A model generated the notes under the pieces. That model did no database searches. It was not told the origin of the DNA and saw nothing but the letters and a program-made list of their open reading frames with translations. Positions 8,687 to 17,934 of a DNA stretch of 29,643 nt are shown in pieces. How positions within the stretch are numbered: position 1 is the stretch's first letter; every line of letters begins with the position of its first letter. Made by a program: the position numbers and the translations under genes. The DNA comes from Planctomycetota bacterium. GTDB lineage: Bacteria; Planctomycetota; PLA2; JAEUHO01. Location: NCBI GenBank assembly GCA_050248855.1, contig JBFWRP010000037.1:1-29643 (forward strand), in the 5' to 3' direction.

Positions 8687-10321
8687 CTACGGCCCGAACC
8701 GCATCGCCCGGTAGCCGTGCTTCGGCCGCGGTTCCACCAACACGGTCGGCTTGCCGAACGCCTGCATCAGACCGATCTGCGCGGCCAACACATCCGCTTC
8801 GTCCTGGTCGCGACCGAACACCACCACCACGCCCGGCGTCCCCACGGCCTTCGCCTCGGCGATGTCGCGCACGTACGTCGCCTGCGGCGCGCCGTGGAAC
8901 ACGTCTTCGGGCGTCATGGGGGCCAGCGCCAGCACGGTGTCCGCAGGCTTCACCTGCTCCGCGAGCTGACGGTTGAACCACTCGTTGTCGCGGACCACGA
9001 AGCGATAGCGGAACACCCCCGCCGCACCGACGCCCAAGCACGCGACCAGCAACACCAGCGCGACCTGCCGGCGTCGCTCCACCGTGGGCGTGCCCGAGCG
9101 TGCGAACACGGCAAGCAGCCCCAACGCGGCCAGCGCGAGCGCCAGGACCACCCACGGCACGGCATCGCGCGAGGACTGGAGCCCGCCATACACGACGGCG
9201 CCCGCCGCCACCAAGGCCAGCACGCCGGCCGCGCGGCGATGGACCGACCACCCCGCGGTTGCGCGGGATGCGTCGAGCCAGCGCGCCACCAACGCTGCCG
9301 ACGGCACGACGAGCAAGGGCAGCACGGGGGCGAGGTAGCGCACGTGCTTCGTGGGCACGGCGCTGAACACGAGCAGCGACACGGCGCCCGCCGTGGCGAG
9401 GCCGGCCGTGCTCCCCAGGAAGCGCCGCCCGCGCGGCACGAGGCCCAGCACGGCGACCAGCAGGTAGCCGAGGCCCCAGGGTGCGAACTGCGCGGGGAGC
9501 ATGGTCAGGTAGTAGTGGATCGGTTGCTGGTGGTTGCCATCGCCCGCGACGCGGTCGCCCATCTGGTCGACGACCAGCGCGCGGAAGTAGGGCTCGCCCC
9601 CCGCGATCAGGGCGGGAACGAGCCACAGGAGCGGCAGACCCAGCAGCGGCAGCAGGAAGGGCAGCGGCTTGGGGAAGTGCCTGGGCGCGCGATCCAGGAG
9701 CAGGAGGGCGATGGGGGCGATCAGGAGCGGCGGGCCCTTCACGAGCATGGCCAAGCCCAGCCAGAGACCCGCCGCCCACGCGGCGCGGGAGCCTCCCTCG
9801 CGACGCGCCGCGTCCAGGGCCGCGGTTCCGGCGACGGCCAGCCCTGCGCCGAACATGTCGAGCCGGCCTTCCCGCGCGAGCCACGCCAGGCCGAACGTCG
9901 AGAGCGCCAGGAGCCCCGCGACGAGTGCCGCGTCCGCCGAGGCCGTGCGCCGCATCGCCCACCGTGCGCTGGCCATCACCAGCAGCACGAAGCCGAGCGC
10001 CGACGGCAGGCGCACGAGGAACGGCGTGATCTCGCCGTTGATCCACCCCGTCCCCGCGACGATCCAGAGGTACAGCGGCGGCTTGTTGGCGTAGATCTCG
10101 CCGTAGCGCGTGGGCACCAGCACGTCGCCCGTGCGGATCATCTCGCGGGCCAGCGTGCCCCACCGCGCCACGTCGAGCTCGTGCAGGCTCCGCGTCCCCA
10201 GGTCGAGGAGCGCCAGCAGCACGGCCAGCACCAGCAGCGCCCCCTGGCCCGCAAACCGCCCGGACCCCGACGCAGCAGGCGACTTCAGCGGCAGCGTTGC
10301 GGTGCTCATCGTGCGCGGCAT
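8687..10321 (-). CDS. ArnT-like / PMT-family (GT-C) membrane glycosyltransferase, about 544 aa
   Basis: LAREMIRTGDVLVPTRYGEIYANKPPLYLW, REGRLDM, GLAMLVKGP, HQQPIHYY, FSAVPTKHVRYLAP; many TM segments; ATG at 10321 after GGGAG (alternative ATG 10309). Confidence 0.85.
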   Translation of the reverse strand: MPRTMSTATLPLKSPAASGSGRFAGQGALLVLAVLLALLDLGTRSLHELDVARWGTLAREMIRTGDVLVPTRYGEIYANKPPLYLWIVAGTGWINGEITPFLVRLPSALGFVLLVMASARWAMRRTASADAALVAGLLALSTFGLAWLAREGRLDMFGAGLAVAGTAALDAARREGGSRAAWAAGLWLGLAMLVKGPPLLIAPIALLLLDRAPRHFPKPLPFLLPLLGLPLLWLVPALIAGGEPYFRALVVDQMGDRVAGDGNHQQPIHYYLTMLPAQFAPWGLGYLLVAVLGLVPRGRRFLGSTAGLATAGAVSLLVFSAVPTKHVRYLAPVLPLLVVPSAALVARWLDASRATAGWSVHRRAAGVLALVAAGAVVYGGLQSSRDAVPWVVLALALAALGLLAVFARSGTPTVERRRQVALVLLVACLGVGAAGVFRYRFVVRDNEWFNRQLAEQVKPADTVLALAPMTPEDVFHGAPQATYVRDIAEAKAVGTPGVVVVFGRDQDEADVLAAQIGLMQAFGKPTVLVEPRPKHGYRAMRFGP

Positions 10322-10397
10322 GCTCCCATCCCCCTGGCCGAGAGGCGTCGATTGTGTCGCGCGTCGTGCGGGCGGCCGTGTTGCTACCGTTGGAGGC

Positions 10398-12659
10398 ATG
10401 CGCCGTGGTGTGGTCCTCGTGCTGCTGCTTGGGCTCTGCGTCGTAGCGTGGCGTCTCCTTCCGTCTCCTCCTGGAGGCGGTGCACCGGCCCTACCCGACG
10501 GCCGCGAGCCGGTCGCGGCCCCCGAGCGCGCGCCTGCCTTGGCTGGCGTCGGTGGGAGGAGCGGGGACACCGAGGCCGCCTCCACCGCCGCCGAGGCCGC
10601 CTCCACTGCCTCCGAGCCGCTCCCCGAGGGCGAGCCCCGCGTGACGATCGCCACGACGAGCGGGGTGGTGCTGTCCGACGCGCGGGTGCTCTCCTGCCCG
10701 TGCACCTTGCCCGTCGATTGGCCCACGCGAACGGACCTCGGCCGTGCTCTCGACGGCTACGCCTGGCCCGGGGGCGGGCGTCATCTCGTGTTCACGGCGA
10801 CGCACGCCACCGTGACCGACTCGCCCGGTGAGGGTGGCGTGGTCGCCCTGGCGCCCCTGGCCTCCGTGACCGCGGTCTGGGCGGACCGCGAGGCCACGGG
10901 CGAAGGTCCGCCGGACACGCTCCGCCTGGAGCTGGACGGCCTGTCGATGGACGTGCCGTTCGAAGCGGCAGTCGTTCCCGTGCCCGCCGTCTACGCCCGC
11001 GCGGCGGCCCTACGCGATGGCGTCGTCGTGGATCGCCTGGCGGTGCACCTGGAGGGAGGGCGCGGTCATCGCCTCGAGTTCGTCGGCGGCCCGCGCGTCA
11101 CCGTCACGATCGTGGCGACGTCTTCCGTTCCGACCACAGCGGAGAGCGTCTGCAGCGGGACCTTCTCCACGGAGGTGGGGGCGGACTGGCCCTTCACGCT
11201 CCTGCGTCACGACGAGCACGCCTTCCGGGGCGAGGTGACCCTCCCGCAGGGCGTAGCCGGCAGGATCGCGGTCGATCTGCGCGACGGCGCCGTCGGCGCG
11301 TACGGGTCCGTCGACTACGGGCCGCGCGGACCCACGCAAGTCGAGCTGCCCCTCAGACCGACGCGCGCGGTGCGCGTCGCGTACCGCGGCCCGCCCGTGC
11401 GCGCCCAGGTGATGCTCTGGCTGACCCGCACCATGCCGGACTTCCAGTTCGGCATTCGCAACTTCCACATGGTCGAGCTGGACTGGGGGAAAGACGCGAC
11501 GTTGTGGTTGGCCGAGACCTCGTGGAACCCCACGGTCGAGCTCTTGACCGGATCGGGTGCGGTCCGCGTGCCCGATGTGCTGCAAGTCGGGCCGGAGACC
11601 ACGGAGATCGTCCTCGAGTCCCTCGGCGCCAAGCCAACCGAGGGCACGCGTTTCGACCTGCGAGGACTTCCACCGACGTGGACGTGGACCTGGGGCACCC
11701 AGGTGAACGGAGTCGGCATCGGCGGGCCCGTGGAAGGGCCCTTCTTCGTGCCGTTGGCGTTCGGGCCGCCGATGGAGCTGCGGCCGCGCCATGTCGTCCT
11801 GCGCGGCGAGTCTGCGTCGGGGGTCTGCGAGGTCCGGTTCGAACTACGGAAGGATGGCCCACCAGAGCTCACCCTGGACGCTCGACAGGCTGTCCTGGGC
11901 GGAGACCCAGCCCAGCTGGACGTGGCCCAGCTTGCGGCAGGCCTCCATCTCGGCTCGCACCGGCTCGGTGACATCATCGTGAGGACGTTCGTGACCATGC
12001 GTTCGGCGTGGACCGACGTTCCCGTGTTCCTCTACGGCGCGCCCGAGCGTCCCGCAGAGTTCCCGACCGGCCTGAAGCTCCTGACACGGAGCGATGGGGA
12101 TGTGGTTCGGCACACCCTCGAGCGCGTGGGGCAGGCACTGCCGCCGGCAACCGTGCCCTTCCTCCTCGAGGCGCCTGGCGCCGAGGGTCTCCGTGTGCGC
12201 ATCGAGATCCAGGATCCCTCGACAGGTGCGTGGCGTGCGTACGACGTCATCTGCGGCCAGCAGACCCACATCGAACTGCCTGCTGCAGCCACCCACGTCT
12301 CCCTGCGCACGATGGCCGGCGTTCCCCTGGGCCAGGCCGTGGATCTCGACGCGTTGGGTGCGCGGCCTGACGATCACGCAGCGCTGGAGGTGCGCGCGGT
12401 CTTGGAGTTCGCGTCCGTTGACGATGCGAGCCTGCGGGGCGTGCGCGGCGCGGTGCTGGAGGACGGCGGATCTGCGGTGCCGCTGCTGCTGTCGCGCTGC
12501 CAAGCGGTGGCACGCGACTCGCCGCCCCCTCGGTCCGAGCCGGTGGTCTTGCGGTTTGCCGACGGACGCTCCGAGCGATGGGATGCGGCCGACCTGCCCA
12601 TCCTGGTCCTCGACCTGCTCGACGGCACGTCGGTGCAGTGGGTCGCCCCCGATCGTTGA
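10398..12659 (+). CDS. Hypothetical secreted or membrane-anchored protein, 753 aa
   Basis: GGAGG then ATG at 10398; N-terminal hydrophobic segment MRRGVVLVLLLGLCVVAW, Pro/Ala-rich linker, then beta-strand-like segments; no family motif recognised. Confidence 0.65.
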   Translation: MRRGVVLVLLLGLCVVAWRLLPSPPGGGAPALPDGREPVAAPERAPALAGVGGRSGDTEAASTAAEAASTASEPLPEGEPRVTIATTSGVVLSDARVLSCPCTLPVDWPTRTDLGRALDGYAWPGGGRHLVFTATHATVTDSPGEGGVVALAPLASVTAVWADREATGEGPPDTLRLELDGLSMDVPFEAAVVPVPAVYARAAALRDGVVVDRLAVHLEGGRGHRLEFVGGPRVTVTIVATSSVPTTAESVCSGTFSTEVGADWPFTLLRHDEHAFRGEVTLPQGVAGRIAVDLRDGAVGAYGSVDYGPRGPTQVELPLRPTRAVRVAYRGPPVRAQVMLWLTRTMPDFQFGIRNFHMVELDWGKDATLWLAETSWNPTVELLTGSGAVRVPDVLQVGPETTEIVLESLGAKPTEGTRFDLRGLPPTWTWTWGTQVNGVGIGGPVEGPFFVPLAFGPPMELRPRHVVLRGESASGVCEVRFELRKDGPPELTLDARQAVLGGDPAQLDVAQLAAGLHLGSHRLGDIIVRTFVTMRSAWTDVPVFLYGAPERPAEFPTGLKLLTRSDGDVVRHTLERVGQALPPATVPFLLEAPGAEGLRVRIEIQDPSTGAWRAYDVICGQQTHIELPAAATHVSLRTMAGVPLGQAVDLDALGARPDDHAALEVRAVLEFASVDDASLRGVRGAVLEDGGSAVPLLLSRCQAVARDSPPPRSEPVVLRFADGRSERWDAADLPILVLDLLDGTSVQWVAPDR

Positions 12660-12674
12660 GGCTAGGCTTCCGGG

Positions 12675-13556
12675 ATGGACACGATCTCCTCCTGGCTCCG
12701 GCTCGCGGCGGCCTCGTTGCTGCTCGTGGCGAGCGGCCTGATCCCTGCGCTTGAAGACCCGGGATCCCGTACCTGGGCCGACGGTACGGCGGTCGCCACG
12801 CGGACGCGGATCGAGGCGATCCTGACGGGGCCGGGGACGCGGCGGCATCTGGTGTGCGGGCATCGGGGGGACTACCGGTTGCAGGAGGGGAACAACCTGC
12901 GGTCGTTCGACAGTGGCTGGCGCGCGGGCCTGGACCTGATCGAGATCGACGTGGAGAGCACGGCCGACGGCGTGCCCGTCGTGGTCCACGACGAGTGGCC
13001 GCGGACGAAGACGTGGGCGGACTGGCAGCGGCGACGCAAGCCCCTGTTGACGCTGGCGCGGGCCCTGGCGTGGGCGGCACCGATCGGGAAGCCGTTGCTC
13101 GTCCTCGACATCAAGACGCCGCATCTGGAGTCGGTCGTGGCGGCGATCCGCGCGGCGCGCGCCGCGGGTCGGGTCGTGGCCTTCGCCAGCGACGAGCACG
13201 AGTACCACCGGCTGCGCTTTCTGATGCCGGAGCTGGACGTGATGGTGCGCGCCCACGATGCGAAGGGCGCACGGGCCTGGGCGGCCCGGCAGGACCCGAA
13301 GATCGTGATGATCCACGGTGACTACGACTGGATGCACGGCGGACTCTGCGACGAGCTGCGGGCGATGGGCTACCGCACCTACTGCAACTCGTGGAAGCTC
13401 ACGTGGGATGACGAAGCCTCGGGCGCCGCGTCGAGCGTGGGTCGCATCTTCCGCCGTGGCATCGACGTGGCGCAGACCAACCACCCGCCGACGGCCGTCG
13501 CCGCCCGCAACGCCGCCAACCGCCGCGCGGGGCGCTGGTTGCCGGGTACGGAGTAG
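12675..13556 (+). CDS. Glycerophosphodiester phosphodiesterase (GDPD) family protein with probable signal peptide, 293 aa
   Basis: CGHRG, EGNNLRSF (PENT-like), LIEIDVESTADGVPVVVHD, LVLDIK, GIDVAQTNHP. Confidence 0.8.
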   Translation: MDTISSWLRLAAASLLLVASGLIPALEDPGSRTWADGTAVATRTRIEAILTGPGTRRHLVCGHRGDYRLQEGNNLRSFDSGWRAGLDLIEIDVESTADGVPVVVHDEWPRTKTWADWQRRRKPLLTLARALAWAAPIGKPLLVLDIKTPHLESVVAAIRAARAAGRVVAFASDEHEYHRLRFLMPELDVMVRAHDAKGARAWAARQDPKIVMIHGDYDWMHGGLCDELRAMGYRTYCNSWKLTWDDEASGAASSVGRIFRRGIDVAQTNHPPTAVAARNAANRRAGRWLPGTE

Positions 13557-13559
13557 CCG

Positions 13560-13657
13560 GTACGGAGTCGGGTGAGATTCCACCCTCGGGCTGCCCGATG
13601 CGCTCCCATGCGGACATGCCTGACGGCCCGAGGGTGGAATCTCACCCGACTCCGTAC
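13560..13657. repeat. 98-bp REP/REPIN-like element with perfect 32-bp inverted arms
   Basis: GTACGGAGTCGGGTGAGATTCCACCCTCGGGC (13560-13591) and its exact reverse complement (13626-13657), 34-bp spacer; each arm has an internal GGGTG...CACCC hairpin. Confidence 0.92.
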
Positions 13658-13697
13658 GGCACTCTGACGCTCGCCGGCGTGGCGCGAGGCGCGCGGA

Positions 13698-13751
13698 GGT
13701 GTCTGAACCTGTGCCTCGGAGCGAAGCGACGGGGGCACGGTGTCAGACACC
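13698..13751. repeat. Imperfect inverted repeat of the GGTGTCTGA/TCAGACACC palindrome type
   Basis: GGTGTCTGA(13698-13706)...TCAGACACC(13743-13751) with inner GTGCCTC/GGGGCAC pairing; related to the stem ends of the 94-bp tandem unit. Confidence 0.65.
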
Positions 13752-13911
13752 CGGAGTGCGACGTTCGCCGGCCGGTGGACCGCGACCCCCGTGAGGGGTG
13801 CAGGGGGGGTACGGAATAGCCCCCCTGCTGCGCAGGCGAAGCCGGAGCACCGAATCCGCGCGGGAGCGCGGAACGAGCGCGGAGTGACCAGTCCCCAGAC
13901 TGCGACGTCCC

Positions 13912-14193
13912 CTCGCCGTCGTACCGCGACCCCTGCGTGTCAGGCACCTTGCCCACGTTGCCGCTGCGCGGCGCCGCGGCAAGGGTCCTGACACATCCGG
14001 GTTCGCTCGCCGTCGTACCGCGACCCCTGCGTGTCAGGCACCTTGCCCACGTTGCCGCTGCGCGGCGCCGCGGCAAGGGTCCTGACACATCCGGGCTCGC
14101 TCGCCGTCGTACCGCGACCCCTGCGTGTCAGGCACCTTGCCCACGTTGCCGCTGCGCGGCGCCGCGGCAAGGGTCCAGACACATACGGGGTCG
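13912..14193. repeat. Tandem repeat, 3 x 94 bp, each unit containing a long hairpin
   Basis: Units start at 13912, 14006 and 14100 (CTCGCCGTCGTACCGCGACCCCTGCGTGTCAGGCACCTTGCC...GGCAAGGGTCCTGACACATCCGGG); units 1 and 2 differ at one base, unit 3 at a few; ends directly at the stop codon of the GT4 gene (14194). Confidence 0.93.
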
Positions 14194-15330
14194 CTACGCG
14201 AAGCAGCTGCGGTAGATCGCGGCGAGGCGCTTGGCCTGGGCGCGGGTGCCGTAGTGCTCGGTGACGCGCTGGCGGCCGTAGGCGGCACGCTCTTTCGCGC
14301 CGGCCGGGTCCGCAAGAACGCGCGTGAGGGCGCGGGCAAGTGCCGCGGCGTCGTCGGGCGGCACCACGAGACCCGCGCGGCCGTGCTCGACGACCTCGGC
14401 CATCGCGCCGACGTCGGTCACGACCACCGGGACACCCACGGCCAGCGCTTCGAGCAAGGCGATCGGTAGCCCCTCCGTACGGCTGGGCAGCACCGCGACC
14501 TCGGCCGCAGCGAGACACGCAGGACCGTCGCTCCGCCAGCCCGGCAGCGCCACGCGGTCCGCCAAGCCCAGCGCCGCCGCGCGCGCCGTCAGCCGCTCGC
14601 GGTCGGCGCCGTCGCCGACCAGGGCCAGGCGCAGGTCCGGGGCCTCGGGCGCCACGCGCGCGAAGGCCTCCAGCAGGACGTCCTGGCCCTTCTCGGGACT
14701 CGTCCGTCCGAGCGCCACGATCAGGCGCTGGTGGCCGCTGGCGCCCAGTGCGGCGCGCGCCGCCGCTCGTCCCCTGTCCGCCGCGTCGGCGACCTGCACG
14801 GCGTCGATGCCGTTGTCCACGCGATGGATGCGCTCGCGGGGCACGCCGCGCGCGGCCAAGCGCTCGGCGAGCGCGTCGCTCACCACGACCACGGCGTCCG
14901 CCTTGCGCAAGGCCCGCCGGTCCCAGGCCTCGAACGCGCGCACCTTGGCGTCCTCGCCCGTGTACCCGTGCACGACGGCGACCCACGGCAGCCCCAGCTT
15001 CCTCGCGGCCTTGGCCCCGACCACGTTGGCCTTGTAGTCGTGGGTGACCACGACATCGGCGCGTGCTTCCTCCAACACGGCCACCAAGCGCGCGGTGATG
15101 CGGTGGTCGTAGGACGAGCGCTGCTCGATGCGATGCGTCGCGAGCCCGGCCGCCTCGGCCGCTTCCAGCAGCGGCGAGCTCGTCCCCGGTCGCACGAACA
15201 CGGCAAGCGATGCGTCCACACCCACGTCCCGCTGGCGCGCCTGGTCCAGGAGCAGGCGCTCGGGCCCGCTGAGGCGGTCGCTGTTGCGCACGTGGACGAC
15301 CCGCAGCGGCGCGGGACCCGCGGACGTCAA
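14194..15330 (-). CDS. Glycosyltransferase family 4, about 378 aa
   Basis: SGPERLLL, VVTHDYKA, VHGYT, VDNGID, GRTSPEKGQD, VLPSRTEGLPIALLEALAVGVPVVVTDVG; TTG start at 15330 inferred from TTGA overlap with upstream stop. Confidence 0.88.
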   Translation of the reverse strand: MTSAGPAPLRVVHVRNSDRLSGPERLLLDQARQRDVGVDASLAVFVRPGTSSPLLEAAEAAGLATHRIEQRSSYDHRITARLVAVLEEARADVVVTHDYKANVVGAKAARKLGLPWVAVVHGYTGEDAKVRAFEAWDRRALRKADAVVVVSDALAERLAARGVPRERIHRVDNGIDAVQVADAADRGRAAARAALGASGHQRLIVALGRTSPEKGQDVLLEAFARVAPEAPDLRLALVGDGADRERLTARAAALGLADRVALPGWRSDGPACLAAAEVAVLPSRTEGLPIALLEALAVGVPVVVTDVGAMAEVVEHGRAGLVVPPDDAAALARALTRVLADPAGAKERAAYGRQRVTEHYGTRAQAKRLAAIYRSCFA

Positions 15331-17702
15331 GGTCCGCGGTCCTCGGCCCACGTCGTGACGGTGACGGGGCCGATGGGGTCGCCGACCTGCCCGGCCGCGT
15401 CGATGGGCCGGATGCAGATGGCGTACTCGGTCGCGGGCTCGAGGCCGCCGAGGAACGCTTCGGGCACGGCGCTCAGCGCCCGGACCTCGTCGTCCACCTG
15501 CACGAGGTAGGCGATCACGCCCGTGTCGTCGTCGGCACCATCCCAGCGCACGCGCGCGCGGGTCGCCGACAGTGCGTGGGCCCAGAGCGTGGTCGGGCCG
15601 GTGGGGGCCGTGGCGTCGTCCACGGCGCTCGAGGCCGCGCCCAGCGTGACGAGCACGGCCGTGCGGCCGAGGACGTCGTGGGCGCCGCCGTAGCTGCCCG
15701 CCGCGTGCGTGACCTGGATCGCGAAGGGCCCGCGCGCATCGAACGCCGGTCCGTTGGAGGCCACGCGCGCGAGCACCAGGGCGTCCACGACGCCCTCGGC
15801 GTCGGTCATGCCGGTGGCCACGCGGGCGCCCTCGCGATCGTCGATCGTGACGGCGGCGCCGGGGAGAGGCTGTCCGGACTCGTTGCGCACCACGACCCGC
15901 AGCGTGAACCAGCGTTCGCTCCGCCACGCGGCGGGGTTGGCCCACTCCGTGATCGCGTCCATGGACTCGGCGGTCAGCTCGTCGATGAGGCGATGGCCGC
16001 TGCTGGGCACGATGTCGCTGACGTCGATGCGCTCGAACAGCACGGGCTTGCCGGGGCCTTGCGCGACGTCGCGCATCCACACGTTGTCACGCGTCGGACC
16101 GCCGTGGCTGCTGTCCCACTCGCGCTGGACGAGGACGTCGGTCGCCTGGAAGACGTTGTGGCGGATCTCGAGGTCCGCCGGAGCCGACGCGGCACCGCCG
16201 GCCCAGACGTAGGCCTTGGCGGCGAACGGCGCGTGGGTGGACGTGGCGTGGAAGCGGTTGCCGTGCACCTGCACGCCTTGGGCCGCATCCATCGAGATGG
16301 AGAGCGCCAGGGCCTCGCTGTGCTGCGCATCGGCCGTGACGAGCACGTCGTTGTGGTGGACGTGCGCGTCGGTCGCGGTCTCGAGGCGTACGCCGTGCGC
16401 CCAGTGCACCGGGTACTCGGCGTTGGGCCGGTCCTGCGCGCGGATGCGGTTGTCGTGCAGCTCGCAGCGCAGGCCCGAAGCGTCCTGGCCATCGATGTGG
16501 ACGCCGCGGCTCTCGCCGTCGAGCAGGTTCTCGTAGACGTCGGCGTCGGGCTTGTACACGCCGATCATGTACGCGTTGGCGACGGCCGAGCGCGTGCCCT
16601 GCACCCGGTTGTGGTGGATGCGGAACGGGCCCGTCGTGGTGTTGCCCTGCACGTAGATGCCCCACTGGGGGCTGGCCGTGATCAGGTTCTGGTCGATCTC
16701 GCAGGCCCGCGTGATGCCGCCGAGCCAGATGGCGGCCAGTCCCGGGTAGTGGCGGTCGGCCACGACCTCGGTGTGCGTGGCGATCGTGCAGTGGTCGATG
16801 CGGATGTCGCCGCTCGGCTGGTCGAAGATGACGAGGCCGCTGCAGTCGGGCCCGACCAGGTCCGCGACGAGTCCCGAGAAACGGACGTCGTGGCCGCCGC
16901 GGAACTGGATGGCCGGCGAGGAAGCGCCCGGGGCCCCTTGGCGGATCGTGCCCCCGTGGATCCAGATGCGGCCGCTGCCGTACTGGTACTCGCTCAGGAT
17001 GCCGGGCTTGCTCGGCTCGGCCGCCGTGCCGTAGGTGATCGTGTGGCCGGCCAGGTCGAGCGTGACGTCCTTGGCGCTGATCGTGATCGCCGTGCCCGGG
17101 GCCGTGATGTCGCGGTCGAGGCGGTAGAGGCCGGGCGAGGTGATGGTGCGCGGCCCGCTGACGGGGGTGGCCGTGCCCGCGGGGCCCGCCAACGCACCGG
17201 GCACGCGCGCGCCCACGCCGTGGCTGAAGGGGCCGAAGCCCGAAGCGTGCTTCACGCGCACGGCCAGCTGCAGCGTGCGTCCCGGCTCCAGGTCGAGCAC
17301 CTCCAGCGTCTCGAGGGCCCCGGGTGTGCGCTTGCCGCCGCGGAACGTCGCCAGGGGGGCACTCCCCGCGTAGCGCGGCGAGGCCGGGTCGGGGGAGAGG
17401 TGGGCCGGCGAGACCCGCACCTCGTAGGCCTCGATCGACCCCCGGTCGGCCGGGGCGGTGAACGTCAGGCGGACCACGCCGCGCTCGCCGGGCCACGCGG
17501 TCAGGCCCTCGAGGGCCGTCGGGACGATGCCGTCGACCGGGGGGAGCGGGGGCGGCGGCCGGTAGCCGTCGGGTCCGCCGAGGCCCGACTTGGCTTCGCC
17601 GCCGCCGCCGCAGGCCACCAGCACGCCCACGAGCGCGAGGGCCGCGGTGCGGGCCAGGGCCGCGATCCCGCGGCGAGGGGGGAGGTCGGGGTGGTGCACC
17701 AT
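15327..17702 (-). CDS. Lipoprotein with FN3-like domains flanking a right-handed parallel beta-helix (pectin-lyase-like) region, about 791 aa
   Basis: Lipobox LVAC after hydrophobic stretch; FN3-like LTFTAP...YEVRV...LEPGR; beta-helix cap ITSPGLYRLDRDIT...AITISAKDVTLDLAGHTI and repeated I/V-H-H/D-N turns; VVVRNESGQPLPGAAVTI module; C-terminal FN3 DATAPTGP...VRWDGADDDTGVIAY...LEPATEY. Confidence 0.78.
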   Translation of the reverse strand: MVHHPDLPPRRGIAALARTAALALVGVLVACGGGGEAKSGLGGPDGYRPPPPLPPVDGIVPTALEGLTAWPGERGVVRLTFTAPADRGSIEAYEVRVSPAHLSPDPASPRYAGSAPLATFRGGKRTPGALETLEVLDLEPGRTLQLAVRVKHASGFGPFSHGVGARVPGALAGPAGTATPVSGPRTITSPGLYRLDRDITAPGTAITISAKDVTLDLAGHTITYGTAAEPSKPGILSEYQYGSGRIWIHGGTIRQGAPGASSPAIQFRGGHDVRFSGLVADLVGPDCSGLVIFDQPSGDIRIDHCTIATHTEVVADRHYPGLAAIWLGGITRACEIDQNLITASPQWGIYVQGNTTTGPFRIHHNRVQGTRSAVANAYMIGVYKPDADVYENLLDGESRGVHIDGQDASGLRCELHDNRIRAQDRPNAEYPVHWAHGVRLETATDAHVHHNDVLVTADAQHSEALALSISMDAAQGVQVHGNRFHATSTHAPFAAKAYVWAGGAASAPADLEIRHNVFQATDVLVQREWDSSHGGPTRDNVWMRDVAQGPGKPVLFERIDVSDIVPSSGHRLIDELTAESMDAITEWANPAAWRSERWFTLRVVVRNESGQPLPGAAVTIDDREGARVATGMTDAEGVVDALVLARVASNGPAFDARGPFAIQVTHAAGSYGGAHDVLGRTAVLVTLGAASSAVDDATAPTGPTTLWAHALSATRARVRWDGADDDTGVIAYLVQVDDEVRALSAVPEAFLGGLEPATEYAICIRPIDAAGQVGDPIGPVTVTTWAEDRGP

Positions 17703-17934
17703 GGCGGTTCGAAGCCTACCTCGCCCCGCAATGGGCATGCCCGGGCCGGTGGGCCCGGGCTATCGGGCCTGGCGAACCTCCGGGCGACTTCCAGCGTCGA
17801 TGCGCATGGACATGGAGATGCGAGGGCGCCCCCCGAGGAGTCCTTCGTCCCCTTGGCTGCGGCCGTGCCGGCGGCTGCCCGCGCTTGATCCGGCCCTCCC
17901 GATCCCGAGAATGTGACGCATCGGAGACCCGACC

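Noticed and set aside
10570..10611. 21-bp tandem duplication encoding EAASTAA/EAASTAS
   Set aside because: Small in-frame duplication in a low-complexity linker; no further signal.
13560..14193. CRISPR array
   Set aside because: The 32-bp arms are inverted rather than direct repeats, the 94-bp units have no unique spacers, and no cas genes are present.
13598..14264. Short ORFs across the repeat region (e.g. MSGTLPTLPLRG..., MSGPLPRRR...)
   Set aside because: They are translations of the 94-bp repeat in shifting frames, with no RBS or protein-like composition.
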